Shown piece after piece: positions 1-8,024 of a stretch of DNA of 10,272 bases (positions within the stretch are counted from its first letter, which is position 1; every line of letters starts with the position of its first letter). Source of the stretch: a bacterium (GTDB taxonomy: Bacteria > Desulfobacterota > DSWW01); assembly GCA_040756235.1 (NCBI GenBank), contig JBFLZG010000012.1, forward strand, positions 1 to 10,272, written 5' to 3'. Under the pieces are notes generated by a model that was not told the origin of the DNA, made no database searches, and was given only the letters and a program-made list of their open reading frames with translations. The translations under genes and the position numbers were made by a program.

Positions 1-717
1 CTCGAGAAGTCGTCCGCGGCGGGCCGCTTTCCCCCGGACAGGCCTCCTCGCGAAGGACCGCCGTCTGCTCCGGCGCCGGCGACCGGCCGCAAGGCCCCAC
101 CCGGCAGGACCCCGCCGCCCGGAGGGCCAAAAGGGAATCCCGGGGGGGCAGCCCGCTCCTCTGCGCCGGCCGCAAGGCCTGGCCCGCAAGGCGCGGACGA
201 GGCGAAGACACCGAGCCGGGCCCCGGACCGGCCCGACCCGCCGGCGAGGGAACCGCCGCGCGCGCTCGCTCCGGAAGGGGTGCGTGATCTCATCGAGGGG
301 GTCGGCAAGGAGCGTCCCGGCCTGGCTGCGCTGATCGAGCTCGTCGAACGATGGGAGCTGAGCTCTTCTGCGATCACGGCACGGTGCGCTGCCGGATCCT
401 TTGTTTTCGACCAGCTGCGCCAGCCCGACGTGCAGGCTCTGCTCACACGGACCGCCCGCGAGCGCTTCGGCCCATGCGTCGCTTTCGAGATCCGCCCCTC
501 GGCCCAGGAGCAGGGCCCGGCATCCCACAGCCCTGCGACCCCATCCAAGGAAGAGGCCCCGGGGGCTCGCGGACAGGAGCCGACCGCCTGCGCGAAAACG
601 CTCCCGCCCGAGGAAGAGGTCAGAAACAATCCGCGCTTGCAGACCGCTCTCGAGCTTTTCCGGGGGACGATCACCGAGCTGAAAGTCCTGGGGCCTTCCA
701 AGGACGGTCAGCCGTGA
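1..717 (+). CDS. dnaX: DNA polymerase III subunit gamma/tau, C-terminal part (5'-truncated by the window edge)
   Basis: Frame 1 is open from base 1 to TGA at 715-717. Pro/Ala-rich linker ([20 protein letters not shown]...), then a tau-like C-terminal segment ending [18 protein letters not shown]. Directly upstream of ybaB and recR, the conserved dnaX-ybaB-recR order. The ATPase domain is outside the window, so the call relies partly on synteny. Confidence 0.8.
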   Translation, partial: LEKSSAAGRFPPDRPPREGPPSAPAPATGRKAPPGRTPPPGGPKGNPGGAARSSAPAARPGPQGADEAKTPSRAPDRPDPPAREPPRALAPEGVRDLIEGVGKERPGLAALIELVERWELSSSAITARCAAGSFVFDQLRQPDVQALLTRTARERFGPCVAFEIRPSAQEQGPASHSPATPSKEEAPGARGQEPTACAKTLPPEEEVRNNPRLQTALELFRGTITELKVLGPSKDGQP

Positions 718-755
718 GGCCGGCCCGGGCTTACCCAGAGGGAGGCAGGAAGACC

Positions 756-1070
756 ATGAAGAAAGATTTTGGACAGTTGATGAAGCAGGCCCAGAAGATG
801 CAGCAGCAGTTCGCCAGGATCCAGGAGGAGATGGGCAGCCGGACGGTCGAAGCAACCGCGGGAGGGGGCATGGTCACCGTCACGGCGAACGGGAAACAGC
901 AGATCCTGGCCGTCCGCATCGAGCCCGAGGTGGTGGACCCGAACGACGTGGAGATGTTGCAGGACCTCGTGACCGCTGCGGTCAACGAGGCGCTGAAGAA
1001 GGCGCAGGAGATGGTCTCCCAGGAGATGTCCAAGATCACCGGCGGGTTGCAGATTCCGGGCCTCATGTGA
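756..1070 (+). CDS. ybaB: YbaB/EbfC family nucleoid-associated protein (104 aa)
   Basis: [18 protein letters not shown]...[26 protein letters not shown]...[17 protein letters not shown] is typical of the family. ATG at 756 with purine-rich GGAGGCAGGAAG at 741-752. The ORF track start at 351 overlaps dnaX and is not used. Confidence 0.96.
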   Translation: MKKDFGQLMKQAQKMQQQFARIQEEMGSRTVEATAGGGMVTVTANGKQQILAVRIEPEVVDPNDVEMLQDLVTAAVNEALKKAQEMVSQEMSKITGGLQIPGLM

Positions 1071-1106
1071 TCCCTGCCACCGGGCCGGTGGAGAGAAGCG
1101 CGAACG

Positions 1107-1694
1107 ATGGATCCGATCTCCCGACTCATCCAGGCTCTGACCAAGCTGCCCGGCATCGGCGAGAAGACCGCCTCGCGGCTCGCGTTCCACATCCTCGGCT
1201 CGCCCGAGGATTACTGCCGCGAGCTCGCGCAGGCCGTGCTGGATGTCAAGCAGAAGATCCGCCTCTGCTCGACCTGCCTGAACATCACCGAGCAGGACCC
1301 TTGCCGGATCTGCTCGGATCCGGCACGAACGGATGAAACCCTCTGCGTGGTGGAGGAGCCGAACGATCTCTATGCTATCGAGAAGACCGGCGCCTTCCGT
1401 GGCAAGTATCACGTCCTGCACGGCGTCATCTCTCCCCTGGACGGGATCGGGCCGGACGAGATCCACATCGAGGAGCTGCTCGAACGGCTGAAGGGCGGCA
1501 GGACACAGGAAGTGATTCTGGCCACGAATCCGGTCGTGGAAGGGGACGCCACGGCCTTGTACCTGTCGGACCGGATCCGGCCCCTGGGGGTGAAGGTGAC
1601 CCGCATCGCGCGCGGCATCCCGGTCGGAGGCGATCTCGAGTACACGGATGGAGCGACCCTGACCAACGCGTTGCGCGGCCGCCAGGCCCTTTGA
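1107..1694 (+). CDS. recR: Recombination mediator RecR
   Basis: HhH motif LPGIGEKTASRLAF, C4 zinc finger CSTC...CRIC, Toprim motifs CVVEEPND, YHVLHG.ISPLDGIGP, EVILATNPVVEGDATA, RIARGIPVGGDLEY. Confidence 0.98.
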   Translation: MDPISRLIQALTKLPGIGEKTASRLAFHILGSPEDYCRELAQAVLDVKQKIRLCSTCLNITEQDPCRICSDPARTDETLCVVEEPNDLYAIEKTGAFRGKYHVLHGVISPLDGIGPDEIHIEELLERLKGGRTQEVILATNPVVEGDATALYLSDRIRPLGVKVTRIARGIPVGGDLEYTDGATLTNALRGRQAL

Positions 1695-1724
1695 TCGTTT
1701 CCGCTGGATTCTCCCTGCCTCGGG

Positions 1725-1750
1725 AGGTCCCTCGCTGCGCTCGGGACGGC
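1725..1750. repeat. Degenerate half of a GTCA/CGTC-type REP-like palindrome
   Basis: AGGTCCCTCGCTGCGCTCGGGACGGC resembles the common ...AGATCCCTCGCTGCGCTCGGGATGAC arm of GTCA-type REP doublets. Recognised from memory, not searched. Confidence 0.4.
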
Positions 1751-1788
1751 GGCTCGCGGCCGCCCTGGCGGCTTGAAGCTAATGGGAG

Positions 1789-1859
1789 ATTGCGAGCGTA
1801 GCGAAGCAACCTCCCTGGCCCTGGGGGTTTGCTTCGGTCGCCTGTGGCTCCCTCGCAAT
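1789..1859. repeat. REP doublet (REPIN-like) long hairpin, GTCATTGCGAG type
   Basis: Outer arms ATTGCGAG (1789-1796) and CTCGCAAT (1852-1859) are exact reverse complements. Inner arms CGAAGCAA (1802-1809) and TTGCTTCG (1829-1836) also pair. Matches the widespread (GTC)ATTGCGAGCGnAGCGAAGCAATC...GATTGCTTCG...CTCGCAAT(GAC) pattern. Confidence 0.7.
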
Positions 1860-1928
1860 GTTCGTAACATTTCGCGTCCTCGCTCCGCCCGCTCAACGTG
1901 GCCTTGGCCGGGGATGAGGGGACTCTTC

Positions 1929-1955
1929 CGTCATTCCCGCGCAAGCGTCATCCAG
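1929..1955. repeat. Degenerate CGTCATTCCCGCG-type REP half
   Basis: CGTCATTCCCGCGCAAGCGTCATCCAG is close to the CGTCATTCCCGCGnAnGCGGGAATCCAG repeat, with a damaged right arm. Confidence 0.45.
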
Positions 1956-1988
1956 CCGGGGTCCGGCCCCTGCATCGTGCGTCCTTCC

Positions 1989-2045
1989 TGTAGGGGCAGG
2001 GCTCGCCCTGCCCGAGCGGCGGGCGCAGCAAGCAGCGCCCCTACA
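1989..2045. repeat. GTAG-family REP doublet (REPIN)
   Basis: GTAG (1990-1993) + GGGCAGGGC-TC-GCCCTGCCC (perfect 9-bp stem, 1994-2013), 7-nt spacer, then an inverted copy GGGCGCAGC-AA-GCAGCGCCC + CTAC (2021-2044). Termini TGTAGGGGC / GCCCCTACA are exact reverse complements. Confidence 0.85.
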
Positions 2046-2120
2046 ACGCTCGGCGAAAACGGCGGGGTCGGGGGATGAATTGCGCGCACGGACCCTCCGT
2101 GTCATTCCGCGTGCCACCCC

Positions 2121-2149
2121 TTGACGGACGGCTCCTCCCAAGGCATACT
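2121..2149 (+). promoter_or_regulatory. Putative sigma70 promoter of the por/diaphorase operon
   Basis: TTGACG (2121-2126), exactly 17 nt, CATACT (2144-2149), followed by an AT-rich stretch in otherwise GC-rich DNA, about 155 nt before the gamma-subunit ATG. Confidence 0.65.
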
Positions 2150-2305
2150 CTACTTTCTTACTTACAGGTTTTTCCCCCGAATCCTTATCCTGATGTGCCC
2201 ACATTTCGTCGCCGTCGGTCGAAAGAAGACCCGACCCCATCGTCTCGAGGACTCGTTGAGGATGACCAACGATCGTCTCGAGCTGCGGAGGAGGGAGTAG
2301 CACGC

Positions 2306-2863
2306 ATGATCGAGATCCGTTTCCATGGCCGGGGCGGACAGGGCGCCGTCACGTCGGCGGAGCTGCTGGCCCTGGCAGCCATTCATGAGGGAAAGTTCGC
2401 CCAGGCGTTCCCGAGCTTCGGCCCGGAGCGGAGGGGCGCGCCGGTTCTGGCCTTTTCCCGAGTGGACGAACACCCGATTCGCATCCGCTCGCAGATCTAT
2501 GAACCGGACGTCGTGATGGTGCTCGATTCGTCCCTTCTGGACGTCCTCGACGTGACCGAGGGGCTGAAGCAGGGAGGGGTCCTGATCGTCAACTCTCCGC
2601 TGGCGCTCGAGAAGCTGGCGTCCCGTTTTCGCGCTCGGGCGCGGCTCGCGGTGGTGGATGCAGCCGCGATCGCCCGCACCCACCTGGGCCGCCCCATCAC
2701 CAACACCACCATGCTGGGCGCCCTTCTGCGGGCGACCGGCGTCGTGGACATGGCCAGCATGACCGAGCCGCTCCGGCACCGGTTCGGCTTGATCGCAGCC
2801 AAGAATGAAGGGGCCATGAAGGCTGCTTACGAACAGGTTCAGCTGAAGGAGATCACGTCTTGA
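2306..2863 (+). CDS. porC: 2-oxoacid (pyruvate):ferredoxin oxidoreductase gamma subunit (185 aa)
   Basis: [36 protein letters not shown]. Strong SD GGAGGAGGGAG at 2287-2298 before ATG 2306, so the 2075 start is rejected. Confidence 0.95.
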
Positions 2864-3174
2864 CCACGAGACACAAGCCCCTGGGCTGGAAGGACATCCC
2901 CATCGGCGCCGTCGTGGAGGAGTGCGGCAGCTCCTCCGAGTACGAGACGGGCGGCTGGAGGAGCCAGCGACCCGTCTTCGACCGGGCGAACTGCGTCAAG
3001 TGCGGCGTCTGCTACATCTACTGCCCGGACGCGGCCATCGTGATGAGCCCCGAGGGCTATCCCTCGATTCGCCTCGAGTACTGCAAAGGCTGCGGCATCT
3101 GCGCCCGCGAGTGCTACATGCGCACCTTCGGGCTGGGCTGTTTCAAGATGGTCGAGGAAGAGGAGTTCCGTTGA
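2860..3174 (+). CDS. porD: 2-oxoacid:ferredoxin oxidoreductase delta subunit, 2x[4Fe-4S] (104 aa)
   Basis: YETGGWRSQRPV motif, CVKCGVCYIYCP and YCKGCGICAREC ferredoxin motifs. TTG start overlaps the porC stop (TTGA), SD AAGGAG at 2846-2851. Confidence 0.93.
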   Translation: MTTRHKPLGWKDIPIGAVVEECGSSSEYETGGWRSQRPVFDRANCVKCGVCYIYCPDAAIVMSPEGYPSIRLEYCKGCGICARECYMRTFGLGCFKMVEEEEFR

Positions 3175-4352
3175 TGTCCAAGAGAGTCGGAATGGAAGTC
3201 AGCATCGCCGTGGCCGAGGCCGTCCGGCTGGCCAACGTCGATGTCGTGGCGGCCTATCCCATCACGCCGCAGACGCACATCGTCGAGCACCTCTCGGAGC
3301 TGGTGGCCGACGGGGACCTGGATGCCGAGTTCGTGTGCGTGGAGAGCGAGCACTCCGCGATGAGCGCGTGCCTGGGAAGCTCGGCCGCCGGGGCCCGGAG
3401 CTTCACCGCCACGGCGAGCCAGGGCCTGGCCCTGATGCACGAGATCCTGTTCATCGCCCCGGCCATGCGCCTGCCGATCGTGATGACCGTGGCCAACCGC
3501 GCCCTGTCCGGGCCGCTCAGCATCTGGAACGACCACAGCGACGTGATGGCCTCCCGCGACTGCGGCTGGATCCAGTACTTCGTGGAGAACGGCCAGGAGG
3601 CTTTTGACCACGTGCTGATCGCCTTCCGCGCCGCCGAGGATCCGGCGGTGCTGCTGCCGGCGATCGTGAACCTGGACGGCTTCATCCTGAGCCACATGAT
3701 CGAGCCGCACGTCCTCATGGAGCAGGAAGAGGCGGATCGGTTCCTGCCTCCTTTCCAGCCTCGTTACCGGCTCGACCCGGACAAGCCGCTCACCATGGGC
3801 GATTTCGCCATGCCGGACATCTACACAGAGATCAAGAACGCCCAGGAGGTGGCGCTGCGAGATTCCAGGGCCGTGATCGACCGGGTGTGGCAGCAGTTCG
3901 GGGACCTCACCGGGCGCCGCTACAAGGCGGTGGAGACCTACAAGGCCGAGGGCGCCGAGGTCCTCCTGCTGACCATGGGCTCCGTGGGCGAGACCGCCTC
4001 GGTGGCGGTCGATCGGATGCGGGAGGCCGGCCTGCCCGTGGGGCTCGTCAAGCTCAGGCTCTGGCGCCCCTTCCCGGCCGAGGATCTTCGCAGAATCCTG
4101 GGCCCGGTCAGGAAGCTCGTCGTGGTGGACAGGGCCATCTCTTTCGGCGCGGGAACGAACCCGGTGGCCGCCGAAATCACCACCCAGCTCTACGACCTGG
4201 ACCCCAGGCCGCGCGTCTTCAATGCGGTCGTCGGACTGGGAGGCCGGGACGTGCGCGCCAAGGACCTGGAGGAGATCCTGGAGCGTGCCCTCAAGGCAGA
4301 CGGCCGCCCCGCGCCCGTGGGCGCTTACGACCTCATAGGGGTGAGAGAATAA
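3174..4352 (+). CDS. porA: 2-oxoacid (pyruvate):ferredoxin oxidoreductase alpha subunit (392 aa)
   Basis: AYPITPQT, VESEHSAMS, TATASQGL, VANRALS, DGFILSH, GLGGRD motifs. ATG 3174 overlaps the porD stop (TGATG) with GAGGAG upstream. Confidence 0.96.
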   Translation: MSKRVGMEVSIAVAEAVRLANVDVVAAYPITPQTHIVEHLSELVADGDLDAEFVCVESEHSAMSACLGSSAAGARSFTATASQGLALMHEILFIAPAMRLPIVMTVANRALSGPLSIWNDHSDVMASRDCGWIQYFVENGQEAFDHVLIAFRAAEDPAVLLPAIVNLDGFILSHMIEPHVLMEQEEADRFLPPFQPRYRLDPDKPLTMGDFAMPDIYTEIKNAQEVALRDSRAVIDRVWQQFGDLTGRRYKAVETYKAEGAEVLLLTMGSVGETASVAVDRMREAGLPVGLVKLRLWRPFPAEDLRRILGPVRKLVVVDRAISFGAGTNPVAAEITTQLYDLDPRPRVFNAVVGLGGRDVRAKDLEEILERALKADGRPAPVGAYDLIGVRE

Positions 4353-5284
4353 TGGAAAACCTGAACGTCTACGTACCGAGGCTCCTGGATGCGCGGGAGT
4401 ACTTTTCCGAGGGCCACCGAGCCTGCCAGGGTTGCGGGGAGACGGTTGCGCTCCGACAGATCCTGAAGGCTTTGGGCCGCAACGTCGTGGTGGTCAACGC
4501 CACGGGCTGCTCGGAGATCATCTCCTCGCCCTTCCCCCAGACCGCCTGGCGCGTCCCCTGGATGCACGTGGCTTTCGAGAACGCCGCGGCGGTCGCTTCA
4601 GGGGTGGAGGCCGGGCTGAAGGCACTCATGCGCAAGGGCAGGATCCCGGACCGGAGGATCTTCCTCCTGGCGGTGGCCGGCGACGGCGGGACCGCGGACA
4701 TCGGGTTTCAGGCCCTGTCGGGCGCCGTGGAGAGAGGGCACGACTTCACGTATATCTGCCTGGACAACGAAGCCTACATGAACACGGGTATCCAGAGGTC
4801 TTCGTCGACGCCCTTCGGCGCCATGACCACGACCTCCCCTCCGGGCAGGATGAGCAAAGGCCAGAAGACCTGGAAGAAGAACGTGCCCGAGATCCTGGCG
4901 GCGCACGAGATCCCGTACGTAGCCACGGCCTCGCCGAGCTATCCCTTCGACCTGGTCCGAAAGGTCCAGAAGGCCGCCGAGGTGAGAGGCCCCGCCTACC
5001 TTCAGGTGCTGACCGTCTGCCCGACCGGCTGGCGTTCCCCCACCGAGGAGACGATCCGCCTGGGGCGGCTGGCCGCCGAATGCGGCGTGTTCCCGCTCTA
5101 CGAGGTGGAGGGAGGCCGGTACACGATCAACGTGGATCCGGGAGAGCTGCACCCGATGAAAGAATATTTGCGCCTCCAGGGCCGCTTCCGTCACATGAAG
5201 GAAGAAGACGTGCGCTACGTCGAACAACGGGTTCGCGAGGGCTTCGAAAAGCTCCGGGCCAAGGTCCGGATGACGAATGGCTGA
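4352..5284 (+). CDS. porB: 2-oxoacid (pyruvate):ferredoxin oxidoreductase beta subunit, TPP-binding (310 aa)
   Basis: GHRACQGCG, NATGC, TPP motif GDGGTADIG...DNEAYMNTGIQRS, CPTGW, YLRLQGRFRH. ATG 4352 overlaps the porA stop (TAATG). Confidence 0.96.
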   Translation: MENLNVYVPRLLDAREYFSEGHRACQGCGETVALRQILKALGRNVVVVNATGCSEIISSPFPQTAWRVPWMHVAFENAAAVASGVEAGLKALMRKGRIPDRRIFLLAVAGDGGTADIGFQALSGAVERGHDFTYICLDNEAYMNTGIQRSSSTPFGAMTTTSPPGRMSKGQKTWKKNVPEILAAHEIPYVATASPSYPFDLVRKVQKAAEVRGPAYLQVLTVCPTGWRSPTEETIRLGRLAAECGVFPLYEVEGGRYTINVDPGELHPMKEYLRLQGRFRHMKEEDVRYVEQRVREGFEKLRAKVRMTNG

Positions 5285-5303
5285 AAGATCAGGGAGCACA
5301 GGG

Positions 5304-6077
5304 ATGGCCGATCAACAGACTCAGGAAGTCAACCGGATCCTCAAGCGCTACCATTACGACCCGACGGACATCATCGCCATTCTGCAGGACGTGCAGCAGA
5401 CCTACCGCTATCTTCCCCAGGAGGTCATGGCCCACCTGTCCGAGAGACTGAACATACCGCTCACCAGGATCTATCATCTCTCCACGTTCTTCCGCGCCTT
5501 CAGCCTGGAGCCGCGGGGGCGGCACCACGTCCAGGTCTGCCTGGGCACGGCCTGTCACGTCCGGGGCGCCCCCAGGATCCTGGACGCCGTGGAGCGCAAG
5601 CTCAAGATCTCGGCCGGCCAGACGGCACCGGACCTGAGCTGCTCGCTCGAGACCGTGAACTGCGTGGGCGCCTGCGCCCTGGGGCCCCTCGTGGTCGTGG
5701 ACGGAAAATCGGTGGGAAAGATGACGGGACCCAAGGCGGAGCGGCTGATGGCGGGGCTGGAAGGCGACGGGGCCGGCGGGGAAAAGCCGTCGGCCGGCGC
5801 TGCCAAGGCGCTGGCGGCGAAACCGAGCGCGTCCGAGCCGCGCCCGGCACGGCCCGAAAAGACGGCAGCCCGACTGAAACCGGCCGGCTCCAAACCGGCG
5901 CGGCCGGCCCGCTCCCCCGTGGCGAAGGTGAAGAAGGTTGCCAAGAAGGTCGTGCAGGAAGCCGCGAAGCTCAGCGCTCGCAAAGCGCCGGGAACAGCCA
6001 GGTCCCGGGCTGCTGGCGACGGCCGCCCGAAAAAGTCCGCTGCGGACTCGCGCTCGCCGAGACGAGCCGGAAAGTAG
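5304..6077 (+). CDS. NuoE/HydC/BfuC-like [2Fe-2S] diaphorase subunit with a long basic C-terminal tail
   Basis: LQDVQQTYRYLP, STFFRAFSLEPRGRHHVQVCLGTACHVRGA, ETVNCVGACALGP (Cx4C...Cx3C). SD AGGGAG at 5291-5296 favours ATG 5304; alternative ATG 5277 overlaps porB. Confidence 0.92.
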   Translation: MADQQTQEVNRILKRYHYDPTDIIAILQDVQQTYRYLPQEVMAHLSERLNIPLTRIYHLSTFFRAFSLEPRGRHHVQVCLGTACHVRGAPRILDAVERKLKISAGQTAPDLSCSLETVNCVGACALGPLVVVDGKSVGKMTGPKAERLMAGLEGDGAGGEKPSAGAAKALAAKPSASEPRPARPEKTAARLKPAGSKPARPARSPVAKVKKVAKKVVQEAAKLSARKAPGTARSRAAGDGRPKKSAADSRSPRRAGK

Positions 6078-6125
6078 AGTTTGTCCGCGGAAGGCTCCCT
6101 ATCAGAGGAAGGAACCAGAGAGGCC

Positions 6126-7979
6126 ATGGATAAGATTCGTTCGATGGAACAGCTGGAGGCGCTTCGGGCAGACATTCTGGCCGGACGGCCGAAGGAAGCC
6201 AGAAGCCTGACCTTCTGCGGGGGCACCGGGTGCCGGGCCTACGGGTCCATGGACGTGGTCGAGGCGTTCCGTAAGGAGCTCAAGGCCCGAGGGCTGGCCA
6301 AGAAGATCCAGGTCAGGACCACCGGGTGTCACGGCTTCTGCGAGAGAGGGCCCATGGTCCTCGTAAGCCCGGGAGGGCTCTTCTATGAACAGGTGACTCT
6401 GCAGGACGTGGCCGAGGTCGTGGACAAGACCCTGATCGGAAACGAGGTGATCGAAAGGCTCCTTTACAAGGACCCGGTCCGGAGTGAAGCGATCCAGAAG
6501 GAAGCCGACATCCCGTTCTACCGCCTTCAGACGAGAATGGTCCTGGCGCAAAACCTGCTGATCGATCCGACCTCGATCGACGACTACATCGCTCAGGGCG
6601 GCTACCGGGCGCTCGCCAAGGCTCTGACCCGGATGCAGCCGGAAGAGATCATCGCCGAGGTCAAGCGCTCCGGGCTGCGCGGCCGCGGCGGCGGAGGATT
6701 CCCCACGGGCCGCAAGTGGGAGTCGTGCAGGAAGGCGGAAGGCGATCTCAAGTACGTGATCTGCAACGCGGACGAAGGCGACCCGGGCGCTTACATGGAC
6801 CGCTCCCTGCTCGAGGGCAACCCGCACAAGGTGCTCGAAGGGATGATCATCGGCGCCTACGCCATCGGCGCCACCCGCGGCTATATCTACGTGCGCAACG
6901 AGTACCCGCTCGCCGTGACCCATGCGGCCAAGGCGATCGCGGATGCCCGGCGGCACGGGTTTCTGGGCGATCACATCTTCGGGAACGGGTTCACCTTTGA
7001 TGTGAAGATCACCCGCGGCGGCGGCGCTTTCGTGTGCGGTGAATCCACCGCTCTGATGGCCTCTCTCGAGGGCAGGCCCGGCGAGCCGAGGGCCAAGTAC
7101 GTCCACACCGTGGAAAAGGGCCTGTTCAACCAGCCCACGAACCTGAACAACGTGGAGACTTGGGCCAACGTGCCGTGGATCGTGCTGGAAGGGGCGGACA
7201 AGTTCGCCTCTTACGGGACCGACGGCAGCAAGGGCACCAAGATCTTCTCCCTGGTCGGCAAGATCAACAACACGGGCCTGGTCGAAGTGCCGATGGGCAT
7301 CCAGCTTCGCAAGATCATCTTCGAGATCGGCGGCGGCATCCCCAAGGGCAAGAAGTTCAAGGCGGTTCAGACCGGCGGGCCGTCCGGTGGCTGCCTGCCC
7401 GAGAGCATGCTCGATCTGCCGGTGGACTTCGACGCGCTGACCCACGCCGGATCCATGATGGGCTCGGGCGGCATGATCGTGATGGACGAAGACAACTGCA
7501 TGGTGGACGTGGCCCGCTACTTCGTCACGTTCCTCGAGGAGGAGTCTTGCGGCAAGTGCACGCCCTGCAGAGAGGGGCTCCGGCGCATGAAGGAGATCCT
7601 GACCGATATCGTGCAGGGCAGAGGCGAGGAAGCCTCCATCGGCCGGCTCGAGCGCCTGGCGGCCGCGATGAAGGCGGGGAGCCTGTGCGAGCTGGGGCGG
7701 ACGGCGGCCAACCCCGTGCTCACCACGATCCGCTACTTCCGGGACGAGTACCAGCGGCACATCGAGCACAAGAAGTGCCCCTCTTTCGTCTGCCGTGCTC
7801 TGGTCGAGTTCGCGATCGATCCGGACAAGTGCACGGGGTGCGGCGCCTGCGCCCGGGCCTGCCCGGTGTCCTGCATCACAGGCAAGAAGAAAGGCGTGCA
7901 CCTCATCGACCGGGCTCGCTGCACCCAGTGCGGCACCTGCTACGATGTCTGCAAGTTCGGCGCCGTTGCCAGAAGCTGA
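6126..7979 (+). CDS. NuoF/HydB/BfuB-like FMN and NAD(P)H-binding subunit, long form (617 aa)
   Basis: N-terminal [2Fe-2S] domain (CGGTGC...GCHGFC), [57 protein letters not shown]...[16 protein letters not shown]-terminal 2x[4Fe-4S] ([23 protein letters not shown]). ATG 6126 preferred over TTG 6081. Confidence 0.95.
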   Translation: MDKIRSMEQLEALRADILAGRPKEARSLTFCGGTGCRAYGSMDVVEAFRKELKARGLAKKIQVRTTGCHGFCERGPMVLVSPGGLFYEQVTLQDVAEVVDKTLIGNEVIERLLYKDPVRSEAIQKEADIPFYRLQTRMVLAQNLLIDPTSIDDYIAQGGYRALAKALTRMQPEEIIAEVKRSGLRGRGGGGFPTGRKWESCRKAEGDLKYVICNADEGDPGAYMDRSLLEGNPHKVLEGMIIGAYAIGATRGYIYVRNEYPLAVTHAAKAIADARRHGFLGDHIFGNGFTFDVKITRGGGAFVCGESTALMASLEGRPGEPRAKYVHTVEKGLFNQPTNLNNVETWANVPWIVLEGADKFASYGTDGSKGTKIFSLVGKINNTGLVEVPMGIQLRKIIFEIGGGIPKGKKFKAVQTGGPSGGCLPESMLDLPVDFDALTHAGSMMGSGGMIVMDEDNCMVDVARYFVTFLEEESCGKCTPCREGLRRMKEILTDIVQGRGEEASIGRLERLAAAMKAGSLCELGRTAANPVLTTIRYFRDEYQRHIEHKKCPSFVCRALVEFAIDPDKCTGCGACARACPVSCITGKKKGVHLIDRARCTQCGTCYDVCKFGAVARS

Positions 7980-8024
7980 CCGCCGGCCGGCGCGGCGCGC
8001 ACAGGTCAAAAGAGGACCCTCATC

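Noticed and set aside
121..150. Possible dnaX gamma/tau frameshift site (GGAGGG...CCAAAAGGG...G7)
   Set aside because: No in-frame A AAA AAG or X XXY YYZ heptamer and no long A run; insufficient support.
351..755. N-terminal extension of YbaB in the ORF track
   Set aside because: Overlaps dnaX in another frame; family similarity and SD begin at 756.
2150..2300. Riboswitch (e.g. TPP) in the por leader
   Set aside because: No TPP-riboswitch core (GCTGAGA...CCTGA) or other aptamer recognisable by eye; an Rfam scan would settle it.
1409..2303. ORFs 1409-1870, 1426-1944, 1773-2078 and 1893-2303
   Set aside because: They run through REP-like palindromes or antisense to recR and have no protein-like motifs.
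2075..2305. N-terminal extension of PorC
   Set aside because: Spans the predicted promoter; SD and family N-terminus point to ATG 2306. The 2922 and 3887 starts for PorA and PorB are rejected for overlapping upstream genes.
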